DNA of 23,990 bases, from IMG/VR virus record IMGVR_UViG_3300009502_000019; one strand, written 5' to 3'. A program made the translations under genes and the position numbers. The notes under the pieces are model-generated. The model saw nothing but the letters and a program-made list of their open reading frames with translations, ran no database searches and had not been told where the DNA came from. This document shows, one piece after another, positions 5,994 to 14,562 of this stretch (within the stretch, counting starts at the first letter, position 1; each line of letters opens with the position of its first letter). Origin of the DNA: a virus. Taxonomy: Duplodnaviria; Heunggongvirae; Uroviricota; Caudoviricetes.

Positions 5994-8900
5994 TACTTTG
6001 TCCCTTCGTTCAGGGAGGTAACGTTAATGGGAGCATCCTTCCACTGGCTCTCCCACAACTGTCCTGTCTTGTGGTTTGGAAGGGGCGAGCTCAAGTCACT
6101 GATTCGTAGCGACTCCTTACTTTCTCTAAATGGGTTGGTTGCCTCTTGCTCCTCTTCTCCACCTTCAGCTGCTGGCTCTTCTACACCAGGTACAGGAACA
6201 TCTCTATGGTCTCCCTGTATGGCCTTAGCATCACCCTTCAGGTACAAGGTGTCTAAGTCAAGGTCTGACAGCTTAAAGAACTTCTCATTGAAGTACGTAA
6301 GGAGCTCTTTCTTGTTGAGGTCTACTCCAACCATATCCTGAAGCATGTCGTACAAACCGCGGGTGGCATCCACAGACTTCCCTAGTGCGTCCTGGAGCTC
6401 TACCTCTTCTGCACTGGAAGATTGCGACATGTGGATCTGGAAAAGGTCTAGGTCAGGATCGAGGCCTTGCCAAGCAAGGTGTATCTGTGCCATCCTGGTG
6501 AGCCCGTTGATCAAACTTCTCTGTACTCTACGTGCTTGTCTGGCGAACCGGATGTCCATACGCTCTAAGGCTGTACCGCCTTCGAAGCCCCCACCGCCTT
6601 CACCTGAGAATCCCGCGAGGAGCTGCTTTGGGACTTTTAGAGCGGTAATCAACTGATTCTCAAGTTTATCTACGTCAGCGATCCACTTAATATCCGTATC
6701 TCCACCTAGGGTCTCTACCGTGAGGTTGTTGCTGTCTCCCCATACCGGGAATATCAAATCCTCACAACTTGCCATAGCGTTGAAGCGATCCAAGTAGCCT
6801 GGGTTGTTGGAGTCGAGATTGAGTGCTCTAGAGTTATGGACAAAAATACCACAACTCAATGCAAAGTTGTGGTTCTTCTCTGTAGAAATATCATACGTAT
6901 CAACTGTATACGGCAGAACTTCTACACTTATTACTTTATGGTTGAGAACTGTGTGTTTCCGCTTAGCCCAACTAATTTTTCCGCCCAAACTTATTTTCTT
7001 CCTCGATTCAAATGTTTGTTTATGCCCGGGCTTTCCAATATGTGATAATGCAATCTTACGATTATGATCCTGACTATTTTTCTTATTCTTCCTGTGATGG
7101 TATTGAACATACGCTTGATCTGAACTTATCTTACATTCGAATGTTTCACCACAACCGCACCCACAAACCCGAGTCTCTTTAGGTGCTACTGGTTTATTGT
7201 GGTTACCCATCTTTGACTTAGACGCTTTGGCACGAACCTCGGGGCGACCCATCGGATTACTCTGTTTAACTTTATCCGATATTACTTGCATTCGACGGTC
7301 AGTTTCTTTAGTTAATCCGTCATTCCAACTTTTTCTAAAACCTAAGTCATATTGTACCTGTTGGGTCTCCGAAACACTTTTAGCATACTTTGCAACTCTT
7401 TCATCGGTTTCTTTAGTCAATCCTTTATTCCACGCTTGTATAGACCCTCGCTTAGCAATAATCTTATCCGTGAATAAGTGATGAATAGACATGTGGTCAT
7501 GCTTGGTAACAATCTTCAGATTAGACGGGTCATCGTCCAGCTTGTTTTCGTTTTCGTGGTGAACTACACAATCTTTAGGAGTTTTCCCGTCTATACATTC
7601 CGAAACAAGCTTATACACCAACGGGAATTTTCCAGTCTTGGGGTTAAGAACCTGCCGTCTGCCTTCGCTGCTTACCTTAGTATACAATGGCATCAGGCTA
7701 TCACCCTGAACCAAGTCCTTGGCTTCTTTGAAGCTCCCGTCCCTCATCATAAACCTGTGGTCTGGAGTGCATTCGACATACTCTTCATTGTCTAAATGAA
7801 CTCTCATAACAGTAGCATCAACAACTGTCTTAGCGACATCTACAATCTTGTCAGGCTCAATAGCCTTCGTTATTGGATTAACACTGTATACGTATTTTCC
7901 AACATACTTCTCCTTATTTTCAGCCATTTCCTTAATTGTAGGATTAGTATTGTTCAACAAAGCTATTTTGGTGTCACCAACCAAGCAACGTTTGATCTCA
8001 GTCATGTACTGGTCTACCAGGTTAGCTACAGCTTCCGCGTTTGCATTATCTTCTGGGATCGTCACTTTGAAGAGGAAGCGTTGAGGACTTTTCATAATTC
8101 GCGCCATCATGATAGAGTCTTCTGCGAGCCTAAGGCGTTTCCAAATTGGGAGGGCGTCTGCGAGGATGCTTGTGCCGTACTTGGAGGTTAATCGGCGTGC
8201 ATCTGGGGTCATTATACTCACCGTCCTGAACTCGCTGTTGGAAATAAACACACCCGCTGTTACTGGAAAATTGTGGTTGCCTGAAATTTCTATATCGTAA
8301 GTATCCTCTCTTTCAGTTAGCCACTCAACTATGACTACCTTGTGGTTTAGAACAGCGGCCTTCTCTAAATTCTTGGGGCTCACCTTGCATCCCTTGGCAT
8401 GCCCTGCTAATCCTGGATATTTTCCTACCCATTTCTTTCCACAATATTTGCAGGTTAGTTCTTTTATCTCATTTACAGCTTCTTTTATTAGGTTTGTACA
8501 ATGGTGTCTAAATGCTGGGTCTGAGTATGCTTTTTGTTGACCTTCTTTCGTCCTTTTTGCCTGCTTATCGTGATACTCTTTATCGCTCCAAACCTTCTTC
8601 GAGCCTTCTCCAATGTTTCTTTTCCACTCAGTATTTTCATTTCGCTCTTCCATAGCCCGGTTAAACTTATCTCTATAAGCAGGGTCTTCAAATCGTTCTA
8701 CCGCTTTCTGACTAATTTTCTTGCCGTGCTCATCCCACAGCTCAGGATTCTCAGCTTTACTTCGTGCGACCCCATCCTTAACTGACTTTCTATGGGCCTC
8801 TTTCCATTCGGGATCCTGCCTAAGCTCATCTAAGTTATTTGCATGTATCTCCATGTGCTTAGCCTTAGTAACAACCTCTAAACACTTGGGATCATTATTC

Positions 8901-11900
8901 TTCTTATCAAACAACTTTCGTTCATCCCCCCAGTGGTGGACAATACTGCCTTTTGGAGTCTTACCATATGTTTGCTTGGCAACCAGCCTATGAATAAAAT
9001 GCCATTCTCCATCTGCTGGGTTATATACCTGCTGGTAATCCTTAAATCTCTTTCTGGAATCTTCTCGAGTATACAACGGCATTAGGCTCTCTCCCTGGAA
9101 AAGATCCTGCGCTTCCTTGTAGCTACCATCCCTAAGCATAAACTTATGATCTGGTGTGCAGTCAATATGTTGTTCATTATCAAGATGAACACGTACCAGT
9201 TGAGCATCTAGGCGGGTTTTCTTTGCATCTACAATTTGCCCAACCTCAAGATTAAGGGTCTGCGGATTGATTGTTAGTACAGATTTTCCTTTATAGAAAG
9301 CGAGGTTCTCTGTGATTTCTTTTATGGTTGGGGTTGTATTATCTAGAAGATTTATTCGTGTATTTCCAGCTATACAATATTGTTGATCGGCGTATAGTGG
9401 CCTCCGCTTCTTGGCTCCTAAGAGTCTGAAGTGTACATGGTCCCACGGTGCTAGTAACTTACGGGTGTCTGTAGTTGCGTAGCCGAGTGGAGTCTGGAAA
9501 AACCCCACTAATCTTCCGTTGTGATCTACCCTGCTGACGTTGATTGGATGGTTATCATCGTTGACGCATATGAGTCCTACGCCTGGTTCTCCAAAACACT
9601 CTACAAAGAGATCACCGAAAGCTGCTGTAGTCCAGGCCCAATCGTATATGACTTCCTCGATGTTGATCACGTCCAGCATCTTCTCCAGCTGGTAGCGATA
9701 TTCTTTATTGTCAGAAGTTACCCACACAGTTGAACCGTGTAGTGGGGAGCGCTGACAAGCTGTGTCTGCAAATGCGACACACGCCGCGCTATTGTGAACA
9801 AACACTCCGGCGGACAAAGCAAAATTGTGGAATGGCTCTATTGTTAGATCATAGACGTCTGCCACAGCGTTTAGCCTTACAACTTCTTTTACCTTGTGAT
9901 TCCTAATCCCCTTATTCCACGGTGTCCCACCAACCTTAGACTCCGCCATATGCATGACGCGCTCGTCTGTCTCTTTTGTGAGCCCGACGTTCCAACGCGG
10001 CTTAGTCGCATACTTAGCAACTCTAATGTCTTCTTTTGTCAGCCCTTTGTTCCAAGCCGTCTGCCCGATCTTACCCTTATTGTGAGGAGCCCTGCCTCTC
10101 ATTGCGGAGTTCCTACACTCATACGAACACGTCTTACGACGTGGATCCATCAGATCCGTGCATACAGGGCAAGGAACTTTCTTGTGATTGAACTCATAGA
10201 TCCTAATGGCTTCTTCGCGGCTAACCCCATAATGGTTCTGAATGGTACGAATAGCCTGGGCGAACCTGGCTTCCTGTGGCTTCGTGTGAACTGCACTGTG
10301 GTCTTTTTTGGAGAGGATGGAGTGGTTCTCCGGAGAGTCATCTAGTTTATTTAATGCGGAGTCTTTGAAATTTGTGTAAGAGTGGTGGACATGATTACCT
10401 GTACCGCGGTTCTTGTTGAAGTATGTGTACTGGACGCTATAGTGCTTTGGCTCTGCCTGGCGTGCGTTAAATGGGTCGTAGAGCCGCCAATACCCCTTGC
10501 GGTACTCCTTATCCACATACCGGTATAGAGGCATAAGGGAGTCATCTGGCTTAAGCTGCTGGGCTTCCTTGTATGATCCGTCCCTAAGCATGAACCTATG
10601 GTCTAGTGTGCAGCGGATCTCTTCGCCGTTGTCCAAGACAACCTTCAAGATCTCCTTAGTCCCAGTCTTCCAAGCTCGTTTAATCGGGCTACGAACGATC
10701 TTCTTACCGTCTAGGTCTATCGAATAAACATGGTTTACTTTACCCTGTTCATACTCTTTAGCCAACTGCTCCATTGACACATCCCTGCCGTCAAGCAGGG
10801 CGACCTTGGTGTCACCTGTGAAGCACATGAGGGCGTGGTTAAGTGAGCGATCGACTACCTGGTAAACCGAGTTGTGAACAAATACTCCGGCAACCGTTGG
10901 AAAATTGTGGTTACGTTCTGTTGAAATATCGTAAACATCTTCACGAACAGTAAGCGTCTCAACAAATAAAACTTTGTGGTTTTTGAGCGACTTGGTTTTC
11001 TTAACCCCAGTAGTTTTTCGTCTGATAAGCTCTATTACACAATCGCGCTTACTGCACGACTGGCGATTCCCCACTTTGGTCGTAAATTCACATCCGCACA
11101 CAACACACGTTTTAGTCAGGAGGGGTCTACGATATCTTTTGATATTCCAAATAGCCTTTGTTTGCTGTTCCCTGTATTCTGGACTGTTCCATAAAGCCTG
11201 TTGTGCATCTTTACGTTTTTGCAGCCAAAATGGCTTCTGTGCGTTTAGTTTGTTAGCACAGTCTCTGCACACCCTCCAGTCGCTTGTAACAATAACTGTC
11301 TTTGTAAGACCGCATCCGCCCAAACATTCTCTGGTTTCTCTGGGCTTGACCATCTTCCTATGAAGTTTCTGTAAATGCTCCTTGTGACTTACTTCGTTAA
11401 AATGTATCTTGTTGTGGTCGGACTTTGACATCCTTTCCAGACAAGATGGGTCATTGTTTACCTTATCATATTTGCACCGATCGTCTCCCTTGTGGTGCAC
11501 TATCACTCCCTTAGGGCGTTTGCCGTTGAAAAACTTATCAACTAGCCAATGAACGTATGTCCACCCACCCTTCGGCTTGTAAACCATTAAATAATCTTTT
11601 AAAACTTTTGCTGGTTTCTTTAGGTACAAAGGCATCAAACTTTCCCCTTGAGCCAAGTCCTTTGCTTCCTTAAAGGTCCCATTCCTAAGCATAAACTTAT
11701 GGTCTGGTGTGCAGTCAATGTGATTCTCATTGTCTAGATGAACGCGAATCATCTCTGCATTTAGGCGAGTTTTTGTTGCGGCTAATATCTTATCTGGCTC
11801 GATTTCAAGCGTGGTTGGATTAACTGAAAGAACGTACTTCCCAACATAGTCTTGGTTGTTCTCAGCCATCTCTTTGATTGTTGGAGTAGTTCCGTCTAGG

Positions 11901-12112
11901 AGGGAAATTCTAGTGTCCCCACGAAGGCAGCTGCGTTCGTAGATGATGAGGTTTTGGTCTGAGATGACCTGGCGGAGAGCTTCGTTGGATATCCCATACG
12001 CCTTCCACATATCCGCGTCTTCTTTGGAGGTTGCTACTTTCTTTACTTCTGGCGGGGTGACTGGGGTGCGTTCAGGAACTAACTTTTGGCGTAGAAACTT
12101 TAGGATATCCAT
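5993..12112 (-). CDS. Portal protein (T4 gp20-like) precursor containing four inteins; predicted mature protein 576 aa
   Basis: Joined exteins (61+15+138+83+279 aa) give T4 gp20-like motifs: LNHALMSAACVAFADTA, HVHFRL, YGTSILADALPIWKRLRLAEDSIMMARIMKSPQRFLFKV, EDLIFP...ETLGG, LITALKVP, IRFARQARRVQ. Confidence 0.9.
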   Translation of the reverse strand: MDILKFLRQKLVPERTPVTPPEVKKVATSKEDADMWKAYGISNEALRQVISDQNLIIYERSCLRGDTRISLLDGTTPTIKEMAENNQDYVGKYVLSVNPTTLEIEPDKILAATKTRLNAEMIRVHLDNENHIDCTPDHKFMLRNGTFKEAKDLAQGESLMPLYLKKPAKVLKDYLMVYKPKGGWTYVHWLVDKFFNGKRPKGVIVHHKGDDRCKYDKVNNDPSCLERMSKSDHNKIHFNEVSHKEHLQKLHRKMVKPRETRECLGGCGLTKTVIVTSDWRVCRDCANKLNAQKPFWLQKRKDAQQALWNSPEYREQQTKAIWNIKRYRRPLLTKTCVVCGCEFTTKVGNRQSCSKRDCVIELIRRKTTGVKKTKSLKNHKVLFVETLTVREDVYDISTERNHNFPTVAGVFVHNSVYQVVDRSLNHALMCFTGDTKVALLDGRDVSMEQLAKEYEQGKVNHVYSIDLDGKKIVRSPIKRAWKTGTKEILKVVLDNGEEIRCTLDHRFMLRDGSYKEAQQLKPDDSLMPLYRYVDKEYRKGYWRLYDPFNARQAEPKHYSVQYTYFNKNRGTGNHVHHSYTNFKDSALNKLDDSPENHSILSKKDHSAVHTKPQEARFAQAIRTIQNHYGVSREEAIRIYEFNHKKVPCPVCTDLMDPRRKTCSYECRNSAMRGRAPHNKGKIGQTAWNKGLTKEDIRVAKYATKPRWNVGLTKETDERVMHMAESKVGGTPWNKGIRNHKVKEVVRLNAVADVYDLTIEPFHNFALSAGVFVHNSAACVAFADTACQRSPLHGSTVWVTSDNKEYRYQLEKMLDVINIEEVIYDWAWTTAAFGDLFVECFGEPGVGLICVNDDNHPINVSRVDHNGRLVGFFQTPLGYATTDTRKLLAPWDHVHFRLLGAKKRRPLYADQQYCIAGNTRINLLDNTTPTIKEITENLAFYKGKSVLTINPQTLNLEVGQIVDAKKTRLDAQLVRVHLDNEQHIDCTPDHKFMLRDGSYKEAQDLFQGESLMPLYTREDSRKRFKDYQQVYNPADGEWHFIHRLVAKQTYGKTPKGSIVHHWGDERKLFDKKNNDPKCLEVVTKAKHMEIHANNLDELRQDPEWKEAHRKSVKDGVARSKAENPELWDEHGKKISQKAVERFEDPAYRDKFNRAMEERNENTEWKRNIGEGSKKVWSDKEYHDKQAKRTKEGQQKAYSDPAFRHHCTNLIKEAVNEIKELTCKYCGKKWVGKYPGLAGHAKGCKVSPKNLEKAAVLNHKVVIVEWLTEREDTYDIEISGNHNFPVTAGVFISNSEFRTVSIMTPDARRLTSKYGTSILADALPIWKRLRLAEDSIMMARIMKSPQRFLFKVTIPEDNANAEAVANLVDQYMTEIKRCLVGDTKIALLNNTNPTIKEMAENKEKYVGKYVYSVNPITKAIEPDKIVDVAKTVVDATVMRVHLDNEEYVECTPDHRFMMRDGSFKEAKDLVQGDSLMPLYTKVSSEGRRQVLNPKTGKFPLVYKLVSECIDGKTPKDCVVHHENENKLDDDPSNLKIVTKHDHMSIHHLFTDKIIAKRGSIQAWNKGLTKETDERVAKYAKSVSETQQVQYDLGFRKSWNDGLTKETDRRMQVISDKVKQSNPMGRPEVRAKASKSKMGNHNKPVAPKETRVCGCGCGETFECKISSDQAYVQYHHRKNKKNSQDHNRKIALSHIGKPGHKQTFESRKKISLGGKISWAKRKHTVLNHKVISVEVLPYTVDTYDISTEKNHNFALSCGIFVHNSRALNLDSNNPGYLDRFNAMASCEDLIFPVWGDSNNLTVETLGGDTDIKWIADVDKLENQLITALKVPKQLLAGFSGEGGGGFEGGTALERMDIRFARQARRVQRSLINGLTRMAQIHLAWQGLDPDLDLFQIHMSQSSSAEEVELQDALGKSVDATRGLYDMLQDMVGVDLNKKELLTYFNEKFFKLSDLDLDTLYLKGDAKAIQGDHRDVPVPGVEEPAAEGGEEEQEATNPFRESKESLRISDLSSPLPNHKTGQLWESQWKDAPINVTSLNEGTK
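6833..7987 (-). mobile_element. Intein 4 (385 aa, class 1) with an HNH-like endonuclease and WNKGLTKE repeats
   Basis: Begins CLVGDTKIALLN, has CTPDH, ends YDIST...HNF...VHN followed by Ser+1. Contains VVHHENENKLDDDPSNL...HMSIHH, WNKGLTKETDERV and CGCGCGETF. Confidence 0.93.
8237..9376 (-). mobile_element. Intein 3 (380 aa, class 1, non-canonical penultimate Ser) with an HNH endonuclease
   Basis: Begins CIAGNTRINLLD, has CTPDH, ends YDIEI...HNF...VFISN followed by Ser+1. HNH region IHRLVA...IVHH...NNDPKCLE...HMEIH, then helical repeats and CKYC...H...C. Confidence 0.92.
9791..10825 (-). mobile_element. Intein 2 (345 aa, class 1) with an HNH-like endonuclease and WNKGLTKE repeats
   Basis: Begins CFTGDTKVALLD, has block B CTLDH, ends YDLTI...HNF...VHN followed by Ser+1. 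Contains HVHH...NKLDDSPEN...HSAVH, CPVC/CSYEC and WNKGLTKE repeats. Confidence 0.93.
10871..11929 (-). mobile_element. Intein 1 (353 aa, class 1) with an HNH endonuclease and Cys-rich C-terminal module
   Basis: Begins C1 (CLRGDTRISLLD), has block B CTPDH, ends YDIS...HNF...VHN followed by Ser+1. HNH region VHWLV...VIVHH...NNDPSCLE...HNKIH. Also CLGGCG, CRDC, CVVCGC. Confidence 0.93.
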
Positions 12113-12127
12113 CTTCTTGGGGGCTCC

Positions 12128-12358
12128 CTATTGTGTCAGTTGTTCAATGCGTGCTTGCTTCCTTGCCCACTTACGTGCCACCTTAGCCGCTTCCACGCAC
12201 TCCTTACACATGCTGCGTGGCCTTCCCTGCTGGTAGGACTTGACTATTGGTGCTCCGCAGGTATCGCACTCGTCTACGTACAAGTAAGACTTACCCGCTA
12301 CCTTGAGCCTTGCCTGGTTAAGTTGCTTCGTTAACTCGTCAATATTCGGCCGGATCAC
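12128..12358 (-). CDS. Small putative Zn-finger protein, first gene of the portal operon
   Basis: GTG start. CDTCG...CKEC motif with a basic helical C-terminus. Confidence 0.7.
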   Translation of the reverse strand: MIRPNIDELTKQLNQARLKVAGKSYLYVDECDTCGAPIVKSYQQGRPRSMCKECVEAAKVARKWARKQARIEQLTQ

Positions 12359-12375
12359 GTTACTTCTCTTAAACC

Positions 12376-12382
12376 ATTTATA
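12376..12382 (-). promoter_or_regulatory. Candidate T4-type late promoter (-10-only TATAAAT)
   Basis: TATAAATG lies 17 nt upstream of the GTG opening the portal operon, in the only long AT-rich intergenic region. T4 late consensus is TATAAATA (7/8 match). Confidence 0.4.
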
Positions 12383-12529
12383 AAGGCCAAAAGAGCCCTT
12401 TTCTCACTGTTTTCACTTAAAAAGCCTTAGAAAACTAATCTTCGCATAACTACTCTTACCAAATAAGTATAACGGCGGACAAAAAAGATGGTACGTTTTT
12501 ATAAAAAATAGTTAAAAAAACTTAATGGC

Positions 12530-12572
12530 AAAGAAAAAGCCGGCACCAGGAAAGATACCCTGATACCGGCTT
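12530..12572 (-). terminator. Rho-independent terminator ending the nrdJ/small-gene operon
   Basis: Minus-strand GCCGGTATCAGG-GTATCTTT-CCTGGTGCCGGC (12-bp stem with two G.U pairs) followed by TTTTTCTTT. Confidence 0.85.
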
Positions 12573-12660
12573 CGTGGGGTAAAGCTAAATTGTTTTAATA
12601 AGTCTTGCACAGGTACTGACGTAAGTATTATGAGTGCTGTCTTGCGTTGGGTGGTGGCCC

Positions 12661-12930
12661 CTAGTACTCGTCGTCCTCGTCTTCTTCCTCAAACAGTTCA
12701 TCGAAGCAACAGGCACATATAAACTTCTCGTCTTCAAGGACCGGGTGCTCTTTTATGACCGCGACCTTGAACATTATGGCGCCGCTGCTCATAAGAGTAG
12801 TTGGATCCTGGTACCCCTTAGAAACTATGTGATAGTAGGCTGTCTCGTACCCTAAGCTGCCGTCCTCGTTATCACACTCAAACGGCTCCGGACTTCCTCC
12901 GCATCTGTCACAAACGCTTGAAAGGTTCAC
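12661..12930 (-). CDS. Small putative Zn-binding protein with an acidic tail (likely GTG start at 12930)
   Basis: CDRC...CACC and EEEDEDDEY tail. GTGA overlap with the upstream stop. Confidence 0.65.
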   Translation of the reverse strand: MNLSSVCDRCGGSPEPFECDNEDGSLGYETAYYHIVSKGYQDPTTLMSSGAIMFKVAVIKEHPVLEDEKFICACCFDELFEEEDEDDEY

Positions 12931-13139
12931 ATGTCGTCCTTTAGCCGGCAATACGCGACTATATCAAGAACTATCTTCTTACCATCTTTATCATCAAGGT
13001 ACGACCGTAACGTCCTCTGAACAGCTTGTATAGCCAACTTCTTCGATTCCTCCTGTTCCAGTGGTGATATCTGCTCGTTCAACGTATCCATACAACGGCC
13101 CCAAAACTCGTGCATCCTTGCTACGCCGGCTATTCTCAT
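12927..13139 (-). CDS. Hypothetical protein
   Basis: ORF in a tight ATGA-coupled operon; no recognised motif. Confidence 0.6.
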   Translation of the reverse strand: MRIAGVARMHEFWGRCMDTLNEQISPLEQEESKKLAIQAVQRTLRSYLDDKDGKKIVLDIVAYCRLKDDM

Positions 13140-13312
13140 TTTACATCCCTGTGCCCTCTCTTACTTGTTAGGATACCCTCATAACAGCTGGGGCATATAT
13201 GGTGCTTCCAAACACCACTTCCCATAGTCCTCCCTGATATGATTGGGGGACTGAAGAGCAATGCCCATTTACCACGCCTTACCTTGTCACACAGCTTGCA
13301 CTTATCCTTCAT
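13136..13312 (-). CDS. Small putative Zn-binding protein (likely start MKDKCKLC)
   Basis: CKLC...CPSC motif and operon packing. Confidence 0.55.
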   Translation of the reverse strand: MKDKCKLCDKVRRGKWALLFSPPIISGRTMGSGVWKHHICPSCYEGILTSKRGHRDVK

Positions 13313-13799
13313 TTTCACTCGCCCTATAGTCCAACTCATCTCCCTTATCGTCCTCGTAGTCCTCCTCTTTCATCAGCTGAACCTCAAACTCTGGGTGTCT
13401 CAGCCAGGTGTTGTCTCTCTCCCAGGATTTGTCCCAAAACTCCACAACCCTCAGGTCATAGCAGTTCATCGTATCCCCTATGCATCCGTGGTTCGGCGGA
13501 TCCCCGTAGTGGAGTGGTGACCATACCCCTAGCTTCTTGTCCTTGACGTACTGGGACATCCTCCTCGCGAAGCTACACTCCACTCTCTTCCATGCCCAGT
13601 TAGACATCTGAACCAGGAACTTCTTATGGCAATCCTGGCAGGCAATCTCAAGCAGAATCACTTCCTGGGCGTAGATGTCAGGGCAGAGCTCCGGAGTGAA
13701 CACAGCGAACCTCGGGCACCCATTCTCGTCAAACCAAACCGGCTCCAGAAGCTTCCCCTCAGAAGCCGCCATATAGATATCTTCGTAGTTGCTTTTCAT
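13302..13799 (-). CDS. Hypothetical phage protein
   Basis: 165-aa ORF with CQDC and LHYGDPP...GDTMN...VEFW. ATGA coupling. Confidence 0.7.
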   Translation of the reverse strand: MKSNYEDIYMAASEGKLLEPVWFDENGCPRFAVFTPELCPDIYAQEVILLEIACQDCHKKFLVQMSNWAWKRVECSFARRMSQYVKDKKLGVWSPLHYGDPPNHGCIGDTMNCYDLRVVEFWDKSWERDNTWLRHPEFEVQLMKEEDYEDDKGDELDYRASENEG

Positions 13800-14386
13800 G
13801 CCACAGCCTCCTTCTGCTGGTCTGCAAGGCCGGCGTCCTTCATACGCGTCTCTTTTGGAAAATAGTCCTCTTCAAACTTCCACTTGTGGTCATAAAACCC
13901 TTCGTTTAAGAAGCCCCTAAGATCTTTCAAGTCGCACACGATCTCGAGATCATCCTTAGAAAAAACGAGCGGGAAGTCCCTGTCGGCGATCGTCCTGGTC
14001 CCGTCAAGCCTGATCCGGTACTGCGGATGAAAATAACAGTGAATGGGCTCACCATGCTTAGCGTATATGTCTATCTCGAAATTGTTGTCGTAGTTAAACT
14101 CTACATGAACCTCGCCGTTACATGAAGGACACGTAAAGATCTCAAAACTCCTGTTGTTAAAGAACCCGAGGTTATCCATGCACCAACCGCACAACTCAAG
14201 AAGAACATTAGCCGCGAACTTCAGCGTCTTAACACTGACCTCTTCAGCGTTGTAGCTATCCCAGTTAGGCTCATTGCAGTCAATGACAAACGCCCCGACC
14301 CTCTTGATCTGCTCACTAAACTTCTTACGTATGAACTCCGTCTGCCAGGAGACATTTGTCATGTGAAGATTGTTATCTACGTTCAT
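13796..14386 (-). CDS. Hypothetical phage protein
   Basis: 196-aa ORF with an NWDSYNA motif and CPSC. ATGA coupling on both sides. Confidence 0.7.
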   Translation of the reverse strand: MNVDNNLHMTNVSWQTEFIRKKFSEQIKRVGAFVIDCNEPNWDSYNAEEVSVKTLKFAANVLLELCGWCMDNLGFFNNRSFEIFTCPSCNGEVHVEFNYDNNFEIDIYAKHGEPIHCYFHPQYRIRLDGTRTIADRDFPLVFSKDDLEIVCDLKDLRGFLNEGFYDHKWKFEEDYFPKETRMKDAGLADQQKEAVA

Positions 14387-14562
14387 GATTTACAACCTTT
14401 CCTGTTGCCGTACCGTTTTACTGGGGATCCCGGAACACCAAAATCAGACTCCTCGTACTTCCTCCACAAGACATCCAAAAAGTCCTTGTAGTGACTCACG
14501 AATCTAACATTACTCCCATACAACTGCACATAAGCCCCGACATCCGTCATTCCGTATTTCAT
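14383..14562 (-). CDS. Small hypothetical protein, 59 aa (below track cut-off)
   Basis: MKYGMTDVGAYVQLYGSNVRFVSHYKDFLDVLWRKYEESDFGVPGSPVKRYGNRKGCKS. Exact ATGA overlaps at both ends. Confidence 0.75.
   Translation of the reverse strand: MKYGMTDVGAYVQLYGSNVRFVSHYKDFLDVLWRKYEESDFGVPGSPVKRYGNRKGCKS

Noticed and set aside
12452-12500. Minus-strand TATACT as a sigma70 -10 for the portal operon
   Set aside because: There is no acceptable -35 at 17 nt (GTACCA) and no extended TG motif.
12605-12631. Plus-strand sigma70-like promoter TTGCAC...TATTAT (antisense to upstream genes)
   Set aside because: The spacer is 15 nt, outside the usual 16-18, and no credible plus-strand gene follows.
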